A stretch of DNA of 56,521 nucleotides from a virus (Duplodnaviria; Caudoviricetes). The stretch lies in the IMG/VR virus record IMGVR_UViG_3300020152_000005, positions 1 to 56,521 of that record, one strand, 5' to 3'. A model generated the notes under the pieces. The model did no database searches and was not told the DNA's origin. It saw only the letters and a program-made list of their open reading frames with translations. The translations under genes and the position numbers were made by a program. Of the stretch, positions 27,901 to 36,484 are shown piece by piece (position 1 is the first letter of the stretch; the number at the start of each line of letters is the position of its first letter).

Positions 27901-29031
27901 CGCGGCCGCCATCGCTTCTTGCTGCTGCGCGAGCTGCGCGGCCGCGAGGCCCGCCAGCGGGTCAGGGCCGACCGCGCCCGGTGCCTTCCTGACGCGCGCG
28001 ACAGCCATCGCCCGGTTCAGCTGCACGAGCTGGCTCGGCGAGAGGTTGAAGAGCTCCTGCACGTGCCCCGGCGACCATTGCACCTTCGGCGGCCGCGGCA
28101 GATCCTGCCCCCACTCTTCCTCGGGTCGCAGGACGTGCACGTGCGGGCAGAGGCAGCGCGGGTGCGGCCGCGGCGGCACGCGGCGCTTGTCGAAGACGCC
28201 CGGACCGAGGCCGTGATGATCCGCCTTCGCGAAGACGTCGCAGACGTCGGTACGCGGGTGCCGGTTGCTCAGCAGCCAGCGGATCGCCGAGACGACCGGG
28301 CTCGCCTCGGCCGCGGCGATCGCGGCCTCGTGCTCGGCGTTCGCCATCTCGGTCCGCGCGATCAGTTGCGCGGCGTTCGCGACGCGTCCGGCGCGGGTGC
28401 GGAAGTGCCGCAGGTTCGCCGGCGTCGGGTCGACGCCGAGCTTCTCGAGCGCCGCCTTCGTGATCCGCCGGCGATCGAGCAGCAGCTCGTCGGGAATGTC
28501 CTCGCTGCCGACGACGGTCAGGCGCAGCTGCCGCGCGAGGTCCGTGCTCGAGGTGCCGGTCGCGGCCGCGTTGATCAGGGTGCGGTCGACGTCGCGCACG
28601 AGGTCGCCGCGGATCGTCTTGAACGCCGCGCTCAGCTCCGGGCGGCTCAGCATCGCCTGCGCGGCCGCCACGTCGACGCCAGCGAAGACGCCGGCGACGC
28701 TCAGGCCGCTGCCGACGTCCTGCAGCAGCCGGGCGGTCGCGAGCGCGTGCTTCTCAACGACGGCGCGCGCGGTGATCCCGATGCCCGTCGCGACGCTCTG
28801 CTCGAGCTCCTGCGTCAGCTCGGCGATCAGCCCGCGCGCGAGGCCCCGGAACGCCTCGGCGCGGTTGAACGTGCCCGGCTTGATCCGGGCCGTCATGTCG
28901 TCGAGGAAGTCCTGCAGGCTCAGCAGCAGCTTGCGCGTCTGCGCCTCGCCCATCGCGAGGCCGATGCGCCGCGCGCCCGCGAGCTCGCGCGCGTAGCGGC
29001 TGCGCCCGCGGCCCTGCGGCTCAGCAGGCAC
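24970..29031 (-). CDS. MuF (SPP1 gp7-like) head protein fused to kinase-like and ADP-ribosyltransferase-like domains
   Basis: LIARTE...C...PHPRCLC MuF motif after the portal gene; GSNPGG/YVK/NWDAVG..DN/RIDQG; LWRR..GWTS..EHE. Confidence 0.85.
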   Translation of the reverse strand: MPAEPQGRGRSRYARELAGARRIGLAMGEAQTRKLLLSLQDFLDDMTARIKPGTFNRAEAFRGLARGLIAELTQELEQSVATGIGITARAVVEKHALATARLLQDVGSGLSVAGVFAGVDVAAAQAMLSRPELSAAFKTIRGDLVRDVDRTLINAAATGTSSTDLARQLRLTVVGSEDIPDELLLDRRRITKAALEKLGVDPTPANLRHFRTRAGRVANAAQLIARTEMANAEHEAAIAAAEASPVVSAIRWLLSNRHPRTDVCDVFAKADHHGLGPGVFDKRRVPPRPHPRCLCPHVHVLRPEEEWGQDLPRPPKVQWSPGHVQELFNLSPSQLVQLNRAMAVARVRKAPGAVGPDPLAGLAAAQLAQQQEAMAAAQAALEAAAAEKLVIAKMKAAIAQAQAAIDKAKAAGATGAQHVAEEALELATKNLAARRAANKAASQKFSAKNSAAAKALAAAKEAAQAKAKGLLEQAGKVLVGSIDEADAFGLELDDAIALAKKAGLDDLIAKLTTAKTSLQAVIAEKTAAAKLAAQLLDELEQKVVNASDLNELKLLKSDPKWSQAIVETAKSGSLLLQQRSQKLLQSYNDTKHTLEHLLKEKGTAAIAQAADIADASKIAAAKNSLPELKAMLAKLEDLQQGAVLEVDLQLGGNTYDAAIATLIANVEKAIAAKQGANKKASAKFAAKKKLDLALQEAEKIAKSKTLPGKTFGPEVAKHLKTLTHDERVQVIKSALEKQYAAYLKTLDDTGDVAAAELAAKSVFDQEVQLLVQAAQTPAGLKAAVAQNVAQTPAQAAGVNAAQATVQKVKGKKVKAAAVDAGAPRPIVAGDAKTILGKQVGPQSGSNPGGIYEGTDGVRRYVKFYDDPAQARGEALANDLYRRLGLEAPESVVFEHNGKWAHATPLLDVKGTVKDLGLTKDLADKILDGFGADMLTANWDAVGMSLDNVVVLANGRIARIDQGGTFLMRAKAGRKQESLLQQLTEYDAFMSKNPAYSSVFSKAGLTPGDMGDRLIAQIDQILALEKALGGWDAYVRGSFPEWDVADRKKIVDMLAARSKLLAKKRDDIRNYAAEKIRLEREMKDLLEKTKLKRAAARTPEEKAQVARAVAHVQQTLVASDVTELKAAIAQGKGHGARNAMAARKRASDVRQRFVIAELEARGVKNSTARAIEQHIEAMYRSWQGSAQSDAAMGLKFFGVVDAGAVNTYWNGYINLDPVKQQQFLAAGRNALTGGGRFKEEDVITALRAERAFNRAMGEEVLQVPKVKLWRRVSHYFQHQQIPEPASGTVGVFRHNGVTGWTSVRGSYGGSHEFEAEFDWDDVMRSYWWHAGGYEHEHEWWVFGFDKVMKVERAR

Positions 29032-29037
29032 GCGCCG

Positions 29038-30825
29038 CTATTCCTCGATCTCGCCGGTCGGGTCGCCGCCCTCGCCCTTCCTCAGCGCGTCCTGCGCGGC
29101 CTGCCGCTCGGCCTCTTCCTGCTCTTTCTCGAGGTCGTTCGCCTCGACGGCATCGAGGTACTCGTCTTCGACCTTCTCGAGCTCGGCGTCGTCGGTGATG
29201 ACGCGCTTCTCGCGTGCGAGCAGCTTCAGCGCGCGCGCGGTCGCGGTCGGCGACGAGACGCCGGACGTCATCTGCGCCTCGAGGAACGCGACGAGGTCGT
29301 CGGCGACCGGCACGAGGTCAAACTCGCGCGGCCAGCGCGCCGAGCCGCTCGGCTGGCCGCTCTTCACGGTGCCGAATCGCAGCTCGAGGAAGTAGATCGC
29401 CGTGTTCTGGGCTTCCTCGAGGTTCGCCGCCATCAGCGCGAGCCGCGGGCTCTTCGCCTCGCTGAAGCCGGCTTCCTTCGACGCGCCGGAGCTGTCCGGC
29501 GTCGAGCTCGCTTCGTTCATCATGACGCGCTCGACGACGTCGAGCTTCGACGCGAGCCGGCGGTCGAAGACGTCGGCCGTCACTGCGCCGGTGCTGCCGT
29601 CCTGAATGCTGACGCTGTCCGTGCTCGCGCCGCCGAGCTTCGCCTGACCGCTCGACGGCACCGGGATGTAGCGGTTGCCGCCGGCGACCTTCGCCATCGC
29701 CGTGTTGAACGCTTCCGGGTCGACGCCGACGAGCCACGTGATCGACGTCGCCGCGTCCCACGCGTCGAAGTCGGCCGCGCTGTCGAGGTTCATGTAGCTG
29801 ACCGCGATCTGCCCCATCTCGGTCAGGCCCGGCCTCGAGATCGCGGGCCGTTCCTTCGTGCCCTTGTCGCGCTCGTAGAAGAGCGGAAAGAGCGGGATCT
29901 GCCCGCGCGTCTTCGTCCAGTCGCCGAAGCCGATCAGCTCCTTCTCGGCGGTAAACTTGTACCAGCCGCCGCGCGGGATCAGTGGCTGGAATCCGCGGTA
30001 GCTGTCGGCGACGAGCAGCAGGAAGCCGTCTTCGCTCGCGTTGCCGACGAGCTTGCCGTCGACGAGGCGCGGGTTGCGAATCGGCACGCGCACGATCGCG
30101 AACGCGAGCTGACCGTTCTCGTAGTGCCAGTTGATGACGTCGAGCGGCGAGAATTCGACGAGGTACGGCCGCAGGCCCCTCAGCTCGTCGGCGAACGTCC
30201 GCGGCTGCGCCTCGGGTGCGTCGACGAAAATCCAGCGGTGCCCGGTCGCAGCTGCGCGCTTCGTGACGTCGGCCCAGAACGCGTCCCACTGGCTGCCGTC
30301 CTGCCCGGTGCCGGTCGCGTTGTAGTAGACGAGCTCGGCGCGCGTCGGCTCCGCGCCCGCGCGATCGCGTCGCACCTCGCCGAGCGTGCCGAAGCTCAGG
30401 CCCTTGCCGGGCTGCGGTGCCTCGCGGAAGAGGTGCCCGACGAGCGTCGACGCAAACTGCTCGGGGAAGTTGACGTAGCTCGCCTGCGCCTGCCGCGCAC
30501 GGTACGCGGCCCCGGTCGCACGTTCCCAATCGAACGGCCGCAGCTCGTCGAGCACTTCGTCGCCGCCGCGCAGCCGGCGCTCGTTGCGCTGCCACGCGCT
30601 GAATTCCGCCTGCGCGAAGATGCTGCCGACGAGCGCGAGCTCGCCGAGCGGTGACGTGTCGCCGTCGAGGCGGTTGCCCTCTCGCGTCGCCGGCGCGCTG
30701 TCCTCGGCCCATGCGACGTAGACCGGGTGCTTCTCGTCGAGGAACGCGAGCTGCTCCTTCGACACTGTGGGCCGACCGCTCTCTGCGTTCTCGGCGTCGC
30801 CTGCGTACGTGACCGTCTCTGCCAT
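29038..30825 (-). CDS. Portal protein
   Basis: 595 aa after TerL; WIFVDAP, RPYLVEFSPLDVINW. Confidence 0.9.
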   Translation of the reverse strand: MAETVTYAGDAENAESGRPTVSKEQLAFLDEKHPVYVAWAEDSAPATREGNRLDGDTSPLGELALVGSIFAQAEFSAWQRNERRLRGGDEVLDELRPFDWERATGAAYRARQAQASYVNFPEQFASTLVGHLFREAPQPGKGLSFGTLGEVRRDRAGAEPTRAELVYYNATGTGQDGSQWDAFWADVTKRAAATGHRWIFVDAPEAQPRTFADELRGLRPYLVEFSPLDVINWHYENGQLAFAIVRVPIRNPRLVDGKLVGNASEDGFLLLVADSYRGFQPLIPRGGWYKFTAEKELIGFGDWTKTRGQIPLFPLFYERDKGTKERPAISRPGLTEMGQIAVSYMNLDSAADFDAWDAATSITWLVGVDPEAFNTAMAKVAGGNRYIPVPSSGQAKLGGASTDSVSIQDGSTGAVTADVFDRRLASKLDVVERVMMNEASSTPDSSGASKEAGFSEAKSPRLALMAANLEEAQNTAIYFLELRFGTVKSGQPSGSARWPREFDLVPVADDLVAFLEAQMTSGVSSPTATARALKLLAREKRVITDDAELEKVEDEYLDAVEANDLEKEQEEAERQAAQDALRKGEGGDPTGEIEE

Positions 30826-30835
30826 CGGTGCTCTC

Positions 30836-32242
30836 CTATCGCCTGCTGTCCGCGTACGCGTCCGGGTCCGCGACCGGCACGCCGTTCAACCGAATGAGCG
30901 CCTGCGTCATGCTGTCGACCTGATCGTCGTGCTGCCCGTTCGGGAACGCTGCAGCCTCAGCGACGAAATCGTGAATCCACGGTGCGAGCTCTGGGCTCGG
31001 CAGGAAGATGTTGCCGCTCTCCTGCAGCGGGCTGACCGCTCGAGCTCGTGCAACCTTATCGCCCATCGGGTTGACTGGCACGAGGCCCGGTACGCTGCGC
31101 GCGAGCTCAGCGATGATCGCCGGCCCGTTCGCCTTGTCCTCGACGAGCTTCAGCGCCGCGTACGGATGCTTCGCGCTGAACGTGCGGACGGTGAGCTTCG
31201 TTGCCGGGAAGTTTAGCTGAGCGCGAACCTGATCAACAAGATAGAAGTCGCCGCCGAGCTTCCCCCAGACCTGACCGACGACGTAGCTCGGGTCCTTGCC
31301 TTTGTCGTCGAAACTCATGTCCCACGAGACGACGAATAGCTCGAAGCGGAAGAGGTCAGGCAGCTTCGAGTAGAAGCGCCACGCGTCGCGCTTGAAGATG
31401 TCGCCGCTCTCCGGTGCAGGCCGCTCCTGAAAGAGCGCGTCGAAGTAGTAGCTGCCGATCGCGGTCTTGATGTTCAGCAGCTGCTCTTCGCTGCGGCGTT
31501 CAGGCCAGAGCGCCTCGCCGATCCTGCGGCCGAGCGGGTCGTCGACGTCGTCGGCGAGCGCCGGCAGCCTGATGACGTGCCACGGTTCGCCGCCCTCGTC
31601 GCCGAAGCGCTCGAGCCGGCCGGCGAGGTCGTCCTCGTGCCATCGCGCCATCGTCAGCAGCGCGACGCCTTCGCGGCCGTCTCGGAAGGGTTCGATGCGC
31701 GTGTACGCGGTCGACTGCCACCACTCCCAGACCTTGTCGCGGTAGAGCTGGCTGTTCGCCTGATCCGCGTTCTTGAAGGGGTCGTCGATCAGGAAGAGGT
31801 TTGCGCCCCATCCGGTGATCGGTCCGCCGACGCCGGCGGTCAGCATGCCGCCGCCGGCGGTCGTGTCCCACTGATTCGCCGCCGAGCTCTTCCTCGAGAC
31901 GCGCACGTTCAGCTCGCGGCCGTTCGTCTGAATCGTGTCGCGCACGGTGCGGCCCCAACGCGACGCGAAGCGCGCTTCGTACGACGTCAGGATGATGCGC
32001 ATCCACGGCCAGAGCTCGAGCGCCCAGACCGGCAGCCAGTGCGATGCGAGCTCGCTCTTTCCGTGTCGGGGCGGCACGCTGAGGATGACGCGCTTGTGCC
32101 GGCCGACGAGCAGCGCGACGAGCACCTGCGCAATGAAAAGCAGGTGACGTGCGGGAATCCAGCGGCCGCGGCTGAGCCGCTGCGCGAGCGTCGCCGGCGT
32201 CGCGCGCCAGAGCAGCTCGGGCCTAACGACCGCGGGCAGCAT
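30836..32242 (-). CDS. terL: Terminase large subunit
   Basis: VPPRHGKS (Walker A), LIDDP (Walker B), SWD and HDDQVD nuclease motifs. Confidence 0.97.
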   Translation of the reverse strand: MLPAVVRPELLWRATPATLAQRLSRGRWIPARHLLFIAQVLVALLVGRHKRVILSVPPRHGKSELASHWLPVWALELWPWMRIILTSYEARFASRWGRTVRDTIQTNGRELNVRVSRKSSAANQWDTTAGGGMLTAGVGGPITGWGANLFLIDDPFKNADQANSQLYRDKVWEWWQSTAYTRIEPFRDGREGVALLTMARWHEDDLAGRLERFGDEGGEPWHVIRLPALADDVDDPLGRRIGEALWPERRSEEQLLNIKTAIGSYYFDALFQERPAPESGDIFKRDAWRFYSKLPDLFRFELFVVSWDMSFDDKGKDPSYVVGQVWGKLGGDFYLVDQVRAQLNFPATKLTVRTFSAKHPYAALKLVEDKANGPAIIAELARSVPGLVPVNPMGDKVARARAVSPLQESGNIFLPSPELAPWIHDFVAEAAAFPNGQHDDQVDSMTQALIRLNGVPVADPDAYADSRR

Positions 32243-32882
32243 TCAGCTTCAGCGCGAGCTCCTGCGCCATCTCGAGCGCTTCCGGGTCCTCGAGCAGCGC
32301 GCGCAGTGCCGGGTCTTCGTCATGCCCGGCCGAGCCGCCGCCGTCGCGCAGGTCGACGATCGTCTCAGGTTCGCCGCGGTTCAGGCGCTCGAGCTTCGAG
32401 CCCTCGACGATCGCGCGGATCATGGCGTGCGGGCTGATCTTCTCCGGTGACGTGCGCAGCACGTTCAGCACGTTCGCGCCGAGCGTCTGCAGCGCGGTCG
32501 CGAGGCCGATCTGCCGGCGCGCCATCTCCTGCACCTCTTCCTTCTCGGCTTCCTCGCGCCAGCGCCTGCGCTGCTCGTCGACGTGACCGTCCCACGCGGC
32601 CGCGCGTTCGGGCCATCCGTTCTTCGAGCTCCAACGCCCGAAGTAGCCGGGTGCGCGCTCGCCTCGAGGCAGCTTCCGCCCGGTCGCAACCTCGTACGCC
32701 TTGTCGATCGAGCGGTCCTGCGGCAGCAGGTCGCGGTAGGCGACGAATCCGACGAATTGCTGAGCCGTCTCGCCGGGCTGCAGCTCCCACGGCTGCGCGA
32801 CGCGCGGCGTCGCCTTCGGCGCGGCCTTCTTCACGCGCGCCTTCTTCGTGCTCGTCGCCTTCGCCCTCTTCGGCTTCGTCAT
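32223..32882 (-). CDS. terS: Terminase small subunit
   Basis: PWELQPGET..F..Y, WSSKNGWPERAAAWD; directly upstream of TerL. Confidence 0.8.
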   Translation of the reverse strand: MTKPKRAKATSTKKARVKKAAPKATPRVAQPWELQPGETAQQFVGFVAYRDLLPQDRSIDKAYEVATGRKLPRGERAPGYFGRWSSKNGWPERAAAWDGHVDEQRRRWREEAEKEEVQEMARRQIGLATALQTLGANVLNVLRTSPEKISPHAMIRAIVEGSKLERLNRGEPETIVDLRDGGGSAGHDEDPALRALLEDPEALEMAQELALKLNAARGR

Positions 32883-34363
32883 CGGCGCGCCTTCTTCTTC
32901 CGAGGCTTCGCGTCCTCGAGCTCAGGCTCGAGGCCGAGGCGCTCGAGCTGCTCGAGCGTCGCTGCGACCGCGCCCGGTGCGTAGTCGATCGAGCAGCTGA
33001 GCCGTCCGGTCTGCTCCGCTGCGACCGCAACAAAGCCGCCGCCGGCGAAGAGATCGAGCACGACGTCGCCCGGTGCGGTGCTGTTCACGATGCCTCGAGC
33101 GGCGAGCGCTGCAGGCTTCTGCGTCGGGTGCAGGTAGTCGTCGCGCGGGTCGCGCTGAATCTCCCAGAGGTCAGACGTGCCGGGGTTCGGGATCAGCAGC
33201 AGGCTGCCCTTCTCGGGGAACGTCACGCGGCGGATCTTCGCCTTGTCAGGGACCTTCGCGCTCAGGAAAACCTCGACGCCCTCGTCGAGCAGGACCGCGA
33301 GCCCTGCGATGTTGTCGAGCGCGATCGGCGTCGTCGCGCCCTTGCCGCGGCGCGGCGTGATGCGCCAGACCGTCGACTGTGTCCGGTCGCCGTAGTGCTT
33401 CGGCGAGACGCCCGCGCGGCCGCCGTAGAATGCCGCCTCGTGCTGATAGTGGAACGTCGACCGACCGAGCACGAAACTCTCTTTCGCCCAGATCAGGTAC
33501 TGACGCTCCTGAAAGCCTGCGTTCTCGAGCGCGCGCTCGAAGGCGCGGCGGCCGTCCTTGTCAGCGTGCCAGACGTAGACGGCAGCGTCCTGCGCGAGGT
33601 GCGGGCTACCGGCGCGCAGCGCGAGCTCGAGCAGCTCCTGCAGCGCTCGGCCGTGCAGGTCGTCGTTCTGGACGCGCTTGTGCTTCGGGCTCGCCTCGTA
33701 CTCGACGCCGTACGGCGGGTCGGTGAAGAGCAGCTGCGCCGTCGTGCCGTTCATGACGCGCGCGACGAGCTCCGGGTCGCGGCTGTCGCCGCAGCCGATG
33801 CGGTGCGCGGCTCCCGGCGTCGTGATGCTCGGGACCGTCCAGAGCTGGCCGCGGTCGGTGCCCCACTTCTGCACGAGCCGGTCGGCGACGGCTTCCCACG
33901 GATCGTCGCTTACCTCGCTGACGTCCGCGGTGAAGCTGCTCAGGTCGGCGAGCAGTTGATCGAGGTCGTCAGCGTCGTAGCCGGTGCCGCTGAGGCTGCT
34001 CGTCTGCTCGAGGATCTCGGCGAGCACCTGCGCGAGGCGCTCGTCGCTGTACGTGCCGAGGTCGGCGATCCGGTTGTCGGCGATCAGAATCCTGAGCGCG
34101 GTCGCGTCGTCGACGTCGAGGATCTCGGCAGGCACTGAGCTCTCGCCGCGGTGCGCGGCCGCGAGGTAGCGGTGATTGCCGGCGAGGATGTATCCGGTCC
34201 GCTTCTGCACGAGGATGCGACCGTACCATCCGTTGACGTCGATCGATTCGACGATCGCGCCGACGTCGCCCTGCTTCGGGTTCTTCGGGTGCGGCCGCAC
34301 TTCGTCGAGCGCGACGTCGCGCAGCTCGCTCTTCACGCGTCGCATGTTGCCGGTCTTCGTCAT
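32879..34363 (-). CDS. ParB-N domain fused to an N4-C/N6-A DNA methyltransferase (beta class)
   Basis: PHPKNP, ILAGNHRY, IADNR; TDPPY precedes HPTQKP and DLFAGGG. Confidence 0.92.
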   Translation of the reverse strand: MTKTGNMRRVKSELRDVALDEVRPHPKNPKQGDVGAIVESIDVNGWYGRILVQKRTGYILAGNHRYLAAAHRGESSVPAEILDVDDATALRILIADNRIADLGTYSDERLAQVLAEILEQTSSLSGTGYDADDLDQLLADLSSFTADVSEVSDDPWEAVADRLVQKWGTDRGQLWTVPSITTPGAAHRIGCGDSRDPELVARVMNGTTAQLLFTDPPYGVEYEASPKHKRVQNDDLHGRALQELLELALRAGSPHLAQDAAVYVWHADKDGRRAFERALENAGFQERQYLIWAKESFVLGRSTFHYQHEAAFYGGRAGVSPKHYGDRTQSTVWRITPRRGKGATTPIALDNIAGLAVLLDEGVEVFLSAKVPDKAKIRRVTFPEKGSLLLIPNPGTSDLWEIQRDPRDDYLHPTQKPAALAARGIVNSTAPGDVVLDLFAGGGFVAVAAEQTGRLSCSIDYAPGAVAATLEQLERLGLEPELEDAKPRKKKARR

Positions 34364-34593
34364 CCCTGCTGCTCTGCTCGGTAGCGTTCGATCTTCGCTT
34401 CAGCGTCCGGGTCGCCGGTCCACCTGAGCACCATCGCGTTGAGCTCGACGTCGCACGGTATGCAGATCGGCCGCCAGACGTTCCCGTCCGCGCAAATCTG
34501 CCACTGATGCCGCGCGCGGTTCTTCCTGCAGCGGTAGCACTTCAGCCGCGTGATGCCCGCCGACGTGTACGGCTTCCTGCGCGGCCGCGTCAT
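34360..34593 (-). CDS. Small Cys-rich protein
   Basis: CYRC..C..CIPC; ATGA overlaps. Confidence 0.65.
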   Translation of the reverse strand: MTRPRRKPYTSAGITRLKCYRCRKNRARHQWQICADGNVWRPICIPCDVELNAMVLRWTGDPDAEAKIERYRAEQQG

Positions 34594-35033
34594 CGGATCT
34601 CGATCGTCCAGTTGTCGCGCGCGAGCACGGCCGCGGTGCTCGTGCCCATGCGCTCGAGCAGCGCGTCGAGGTGCGGCTGCAGGAAGCGCTCGAGCGTCTC
34701 GCTGCGGCCGCCGACCGTCAGCGCCAGCTTCGGCGCGTCGAGCTCGTCGCAGACAAACGTAACGCCGAGCGCAGTCGCGATCGCCTCGAGCAGGTCGTTG
34801 CCGATCCTGTCGAGCTCGCAGCGCACGCTCGAGCTGCGGTGCACTTCGACCGTGCCCTCGCCGTCCGAGATCGTCGCTCGATCGACCTGCAGGCGCTGAC
34901 GCGTCTCGTCGCGGCAGCCGTCCGCGCAGCGCTTGTCCGGCGTCGGGCTCTCGCGGCCGCAGGTGCGGCAGAGGAAAAGCTGCTTCCCGCTCGGCGTCGT
35001 GCGCTCGAGCCTGATCCACCTGCTCGCCGTCAT
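34590..35033 (-). CDS. Hypothetical protein with N-terminal Cys motif
   Basis: CRTC..C...C; coupled ORF. Confidence 0.65.
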   Translation of the reverse strand: MTASRWIRLERTTPSGKQLFLCRTCGRESPTPDKRCADGCRDETRQRLQVDRATISDGEGTVEVHRSSSVRCELDRIGNDLLEAIATALGVTFVCDELDAPKLALTVGGRSETLERFLQPHLDALLERMGTSTAAVLARDNWTIEIR

Positions 35034-35239
35034 CGCTGCTTCCTCGGCTTCCGGCCCTTCGCTCGGTTCGGCTTCTTCTTCGGCGCGGTGCGCGCGCTGT
35101 ACGGCTTCCCGCCGCGGCGTCGCTCGCGGTGCGGCGGCTGCGGTGCGATGTCCACCTCGAGCGGCACGTGCACGTCCGGCCCGCCGATCGCCAGCACTGC
35201 CAGAGACGCGAGCAGGTGCCCGCGCGGTCTGAAGCTCAT
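35030..35239 (-). CDS. Small basic protein
   Basis: 69 aa, coupled. Confidence 0.55.
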   Translation of the reverse strand: MSFRPRGHLLASLAVLAIGGPDVHVPLEVDIAPQPPHRERRRGGKPYSARTAPKKKPNRAKGRKPRKQR

Positions 35240-35508
35240 TTCGGAATCCAGTGCTCGAGGATGACGCGCTCTTCGTCGTCGCGCGCGTAGATGACAGTCG
35301 CGAGCAGCTTCTTCGGCGCGACCGCGTTGCTGAGGTCCCGGTGCAGCTGCACGGCCGAGCGCAGCCCGCCCTCGCTCTCGATCGTGACGGTCTGGCCCGC
35401 CTTCAGCTTCGTGACGAGGCGCGTGAATCCCGGCCCGCGCTGCTCTGCGGGGTCGTGGCAGTCTTCGCTCATGATCGTGCAGCGGCAGAAGGGGTGCGGC
35501 CGTCTCAT
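35236..35508 (-). CDS. Hypothetical protein starting with PHPFCRC
   Basis: ATGA overlap start at 35508. Confidence 0.55.
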   Translation of the reverse strand: MRRPHPFCRCTIMSEDCHDPAEQRGPGFTRLVTKLKAGQTVTIESEGGLRSAVQLHRDLSNAVAPKKLLATVIYARDDEERVILEHWIPK

Positions 35509-36068
35509 CGCAGGCCCGGCTCTTCGGCGGTGCGCGGCAGGCGGCCCTCGAGGTAGTCGATCAGGATCGCCTCGAGCTCTTCGAGGTTGTGATAGACGCG
35601 GCAGCAGTAGCCCTGCTCGCGCACGCGCTGCTGCCAGTCGCGCTGCGCCGGCGTCAGGCTCGTCTTCACCATGCGGACCTTCCCGCCGACCGGCCGCCGC
35701 TCGTGAATCTTCGTCTCGAGGTAGAGCCCGGCGAAGCCGCAGCGCGGCACCGGCAGAAAGAGGTCCCAGACGCCCGCCTTCAGGCCCTCGGCGAGCAGAC
35801 GGCCGCGCTCGCGCTTCGTCCGGCGTGCGGCGTTCGGGATCGCGTGCAGCAGCTCGAGCTCGGGGTAGCGGCCGGTGCGCAACGCGACCCACTGAATCGC
35901 GAGGCACTGCAGCTGATGCTCGGGGTCGTCACGCCGGCGTCGAGGCTTCGCGGCGTCGCGCTTCGCGTCGGCCTCGAGCTGCATCGCCCGCAGGGCCGTC
36001 TGCAGCCGCTCGGCCGCCGGGCTGGCGGGTCGGCCTCGTCGCCGCCCGCCGGTCCGGTCGCCGGTCAC
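35505..36068 (-). CDS. VRR-NUC (PD-D/ExK) endonuclease
   Basis: EHQLQ, HAIPN, GLKAGVWDL, LYLETK, TPAQRDW. Confidence 0.9.
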   Translation of the reverse strand: MTGDRTGGRRRGRPASPAAERLQTALRAMQLEADAKRDAAKPRRRRDDPEHQLQCLAIQWVALRTGRYPELELLHAIPNAARRTKRERGRLLAEGLKAGVWDLFLPVPRCGFAGLYLETKIHERRPVGGKVRMVKTSLTPAQRDWQQRVREQGYCCRVYHNLEELEAILIDYLEGRLPRTAEEPGLR

Positions 36069-36484
36069 GCTGCCTTGCGCTTCATGGTGCCCTCGCGTCG
36101 GGTTCGCCCTGCAGGTCGCTGAATCCTACGCCCCTGCCCTGACGCGTGTCGAGGCCCCTTTCTTCGTCCTGCGCGATTCTGGGCCTGTTTCTGGGCCTTC
36201 CTGCGTGCCCGGTCGCGTGCGTTTCTCCGGTCCTTCCGGGCTCGCTCGAGCTCGGCCCGCGCCTTCCGGGTCGCGGCCGCCTTCCGCCGAGCCTCGGCGA
36301 GGCGCGCCTTCTTCGCCTCGGCCTCGGTCAGCAGGGACGCCCGGACGTCGCCGGGTCCGTCGCCTCGAGCCCGGTCCGCCTCGATCGAGCGCCAGCCGGG
36401 GAAGCCAGAGCAGGCGAGCCTGAGCTCGTCGAGGTCGTCGGGTCCGTCAACCGGCTCGAGGTCCGGGTCCCATCGGTACGACAT
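36065..36484 (-). CDS. Hypothetical basic protein
   Basis: Coupled ORF with atypical codon use. Confidence 0.55.
   Translation of the reverse strand: MSYRWDPDLEPVDGPDDLDELRLACSGFPGWRSIEADRARGDGPGDVRASLLTEAEAKKARLAEARRKAAATRKARAELERARKDRRNARDRARRKAQKQAQNRAGRRKGPRHASGQGRRIQRPAGRTRREGTMKRKAA

Noticed and set aside
25024-30654. 1876-aa plus-strand ORF, and other long + ORFs such as 10567-12075, 13033-14730 and 42793-44982
   Set aside because: Antisense shadows of recognisable minus-strand genes in high-GC DNA; Arg-rich, no motifs
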